Part shown: piece after piece, positions 62,547 to 64,000 of the stretch
Numbering within the stretch: the stretch's first letter is position 1
How the letters are laid out: each line of letters starts with the position of its first letter
NCBI GenBank assembly: GCA_964188305.1
Contig: OZ076889.1
Strand: one strand, 5' to 3'
From: Podarcis bocagei
Lineage: Eukaryota
Length of the DNA stretch: 64,000 nucleotides
Notes under the pieces: model-generated
What the model was told of the DNA's origin: nothing
Databases searched by the model: none
Seen by the model: the letters and a program-made list of their open reading frames with translations, nothing else
Translations under genes and position numbers: made by a program

Positions 62547-64000
62547 AGTCCCAAGTTAGTGGGTATATGTACAATGAATTTGTATGTTGCAACCTGCTCT
62601 GAGATCCTCTTTATAATGTAGGGTGGAATATCCATTTTGCTTAATAAGTAGCTAAAATGGCTTAGCTGGATTGGGACAAATGTAGATAGGAATTGATTGG
62701 CAGTTCTGTTGGATTAACCTGAATACAGTTTATCATGCAAAGCTTTTAGGGCTGGAAGGTGGGAAGATCTGAAACAATCTTTCTCTGATCATGACCAATT
62801 TTTAAAAAAACAAAAAGTTCTAGTGGATGCTTCAGACACCCACTTTCTTCTGCAGTCACAATAACAAAAAAAAGCACACAATCTTAATGGCATTTAGGAA
62901 TGCATCTATGTATGCAGCATCCTGGTGCTTCTGAATAAAATGATACTCAAGCTGCCCAGCAGTTTTTACTAAATGAGACACTATTCATGCAATTAGCAGA
63001 CGTCAGGTTCCAGGGGTGGAGGGATTTGGGTCAGACCCTAACATTCAGGGTTACAAGGTTTTAAGCCTTTGCTCCCTTTAGTGGTCCCAACCCAGACACT
63101 ATTTGCATCAGAGGGGAGAAGCTCCCATTTGAACATTGCTGGTGTGTGCAGTAGGGGATAGAGAGGAAGAGGAAGCAATTCAGATTGGGACCATAACAGG
63201 GAACATAGGGTTAATCTTCATGCCAGGACCCTGATCTAGACCACCACCAGTTTGCATATCTAGACCACCACCAGTTTGCATCTGTAATTTGCTTTTTAAA
63301 AGCTACACACACAATTACTAATTGCTTGAATGCTCCTCAGAGACTAAATGAACTTGAGTGCTTCAGCGAGAGCAGCCAAAAACTGTAAGATTGTCTGGAG
63401 AAGTTAAGAACCTTATTCTGTTTGTACAAGAGCATTTATGGATTGGGTGACAAAAATGTTACTATTATTGATAATCTTCTTTTATTTAAAAGGATGGGCC
63501 TTCAAGCATTTTTCTTCCTACCATAGCTGTAAAAACGCAGATGGCTTCCTTTTGCCAGCTAATAATGGGGATGGAAATGAGTATGTTTACACAGGTTTTT
63601 TGTTCTTTTTAAAGAGCATTTTGGCCATTTTTAAGGTAATATAATCCAAGAGAAACCCTTCTTTTCCTGGTGCCTTTGCTCCCACGCTGGAGAGACAGCT
63701 TGTTCAGCTTGAAGACCTCCACAGTGTAGCCTTTGGGCTTAGACCTATAATGTGTGTTCCAGCCCATAGGGGCTGCAAAGAATAAAAATCTTCATAGTTC
63801 TCTTGTTTTCTTTGAAAAAGCAACTGCTGTCTGTTCAACAAACCAGTTCAAGATAAATATCACACAAACTCTTTAAGTTATAAAGTCTTTCAGAACTCAG
63901 GAGAGCAGCTAGTTTCAGCTCCCTTTTTTCTACTTGCACACTTATTTCCCATCTTATTGTTCCCACCTACAGCCAAGACAAAGGATCTCTGCAGGACATT

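Overview
Vertebrate genomic DNA, almost certainly from a squamate reptile and probably a lacertid lizard (Sauria SINEs, BovB, CR1, Rex1, lizard-type MITEs). It holds the nerve growth factor (NGF) locus on the + strand: a CpG-island promoter with a probable non-coding first exon at ~8.6-9.7 kb, a ~51-kb transposon-rich intron, and the single coding exon (prepro-beta-NGF, 60353-61084) with its AU-rich 3' UTR. NGF is the only host protein-coding gene I can support. The most notable observations are: (i) a Tc2/pogo-like MITE in the intron carrying 12+ tandem 99-bp units, each a long hairpin with covarying stem changes; (ii) a degraded frame upstream of the promoter that by eye resembles a hepadnavirus core protein (candidate endogenous HBV, unverified); (iii) a minimal hammerhead-ribozyme motif in a Penelope remnant; (iv) a CpG-rich, cargo-carrying hAT element directly upstream of an uninterrupted 375-aa Rex1/Babar RT ORF; (v) a solo LTR with 4-bp TSD. 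All family assignments were made by eye without database searches.
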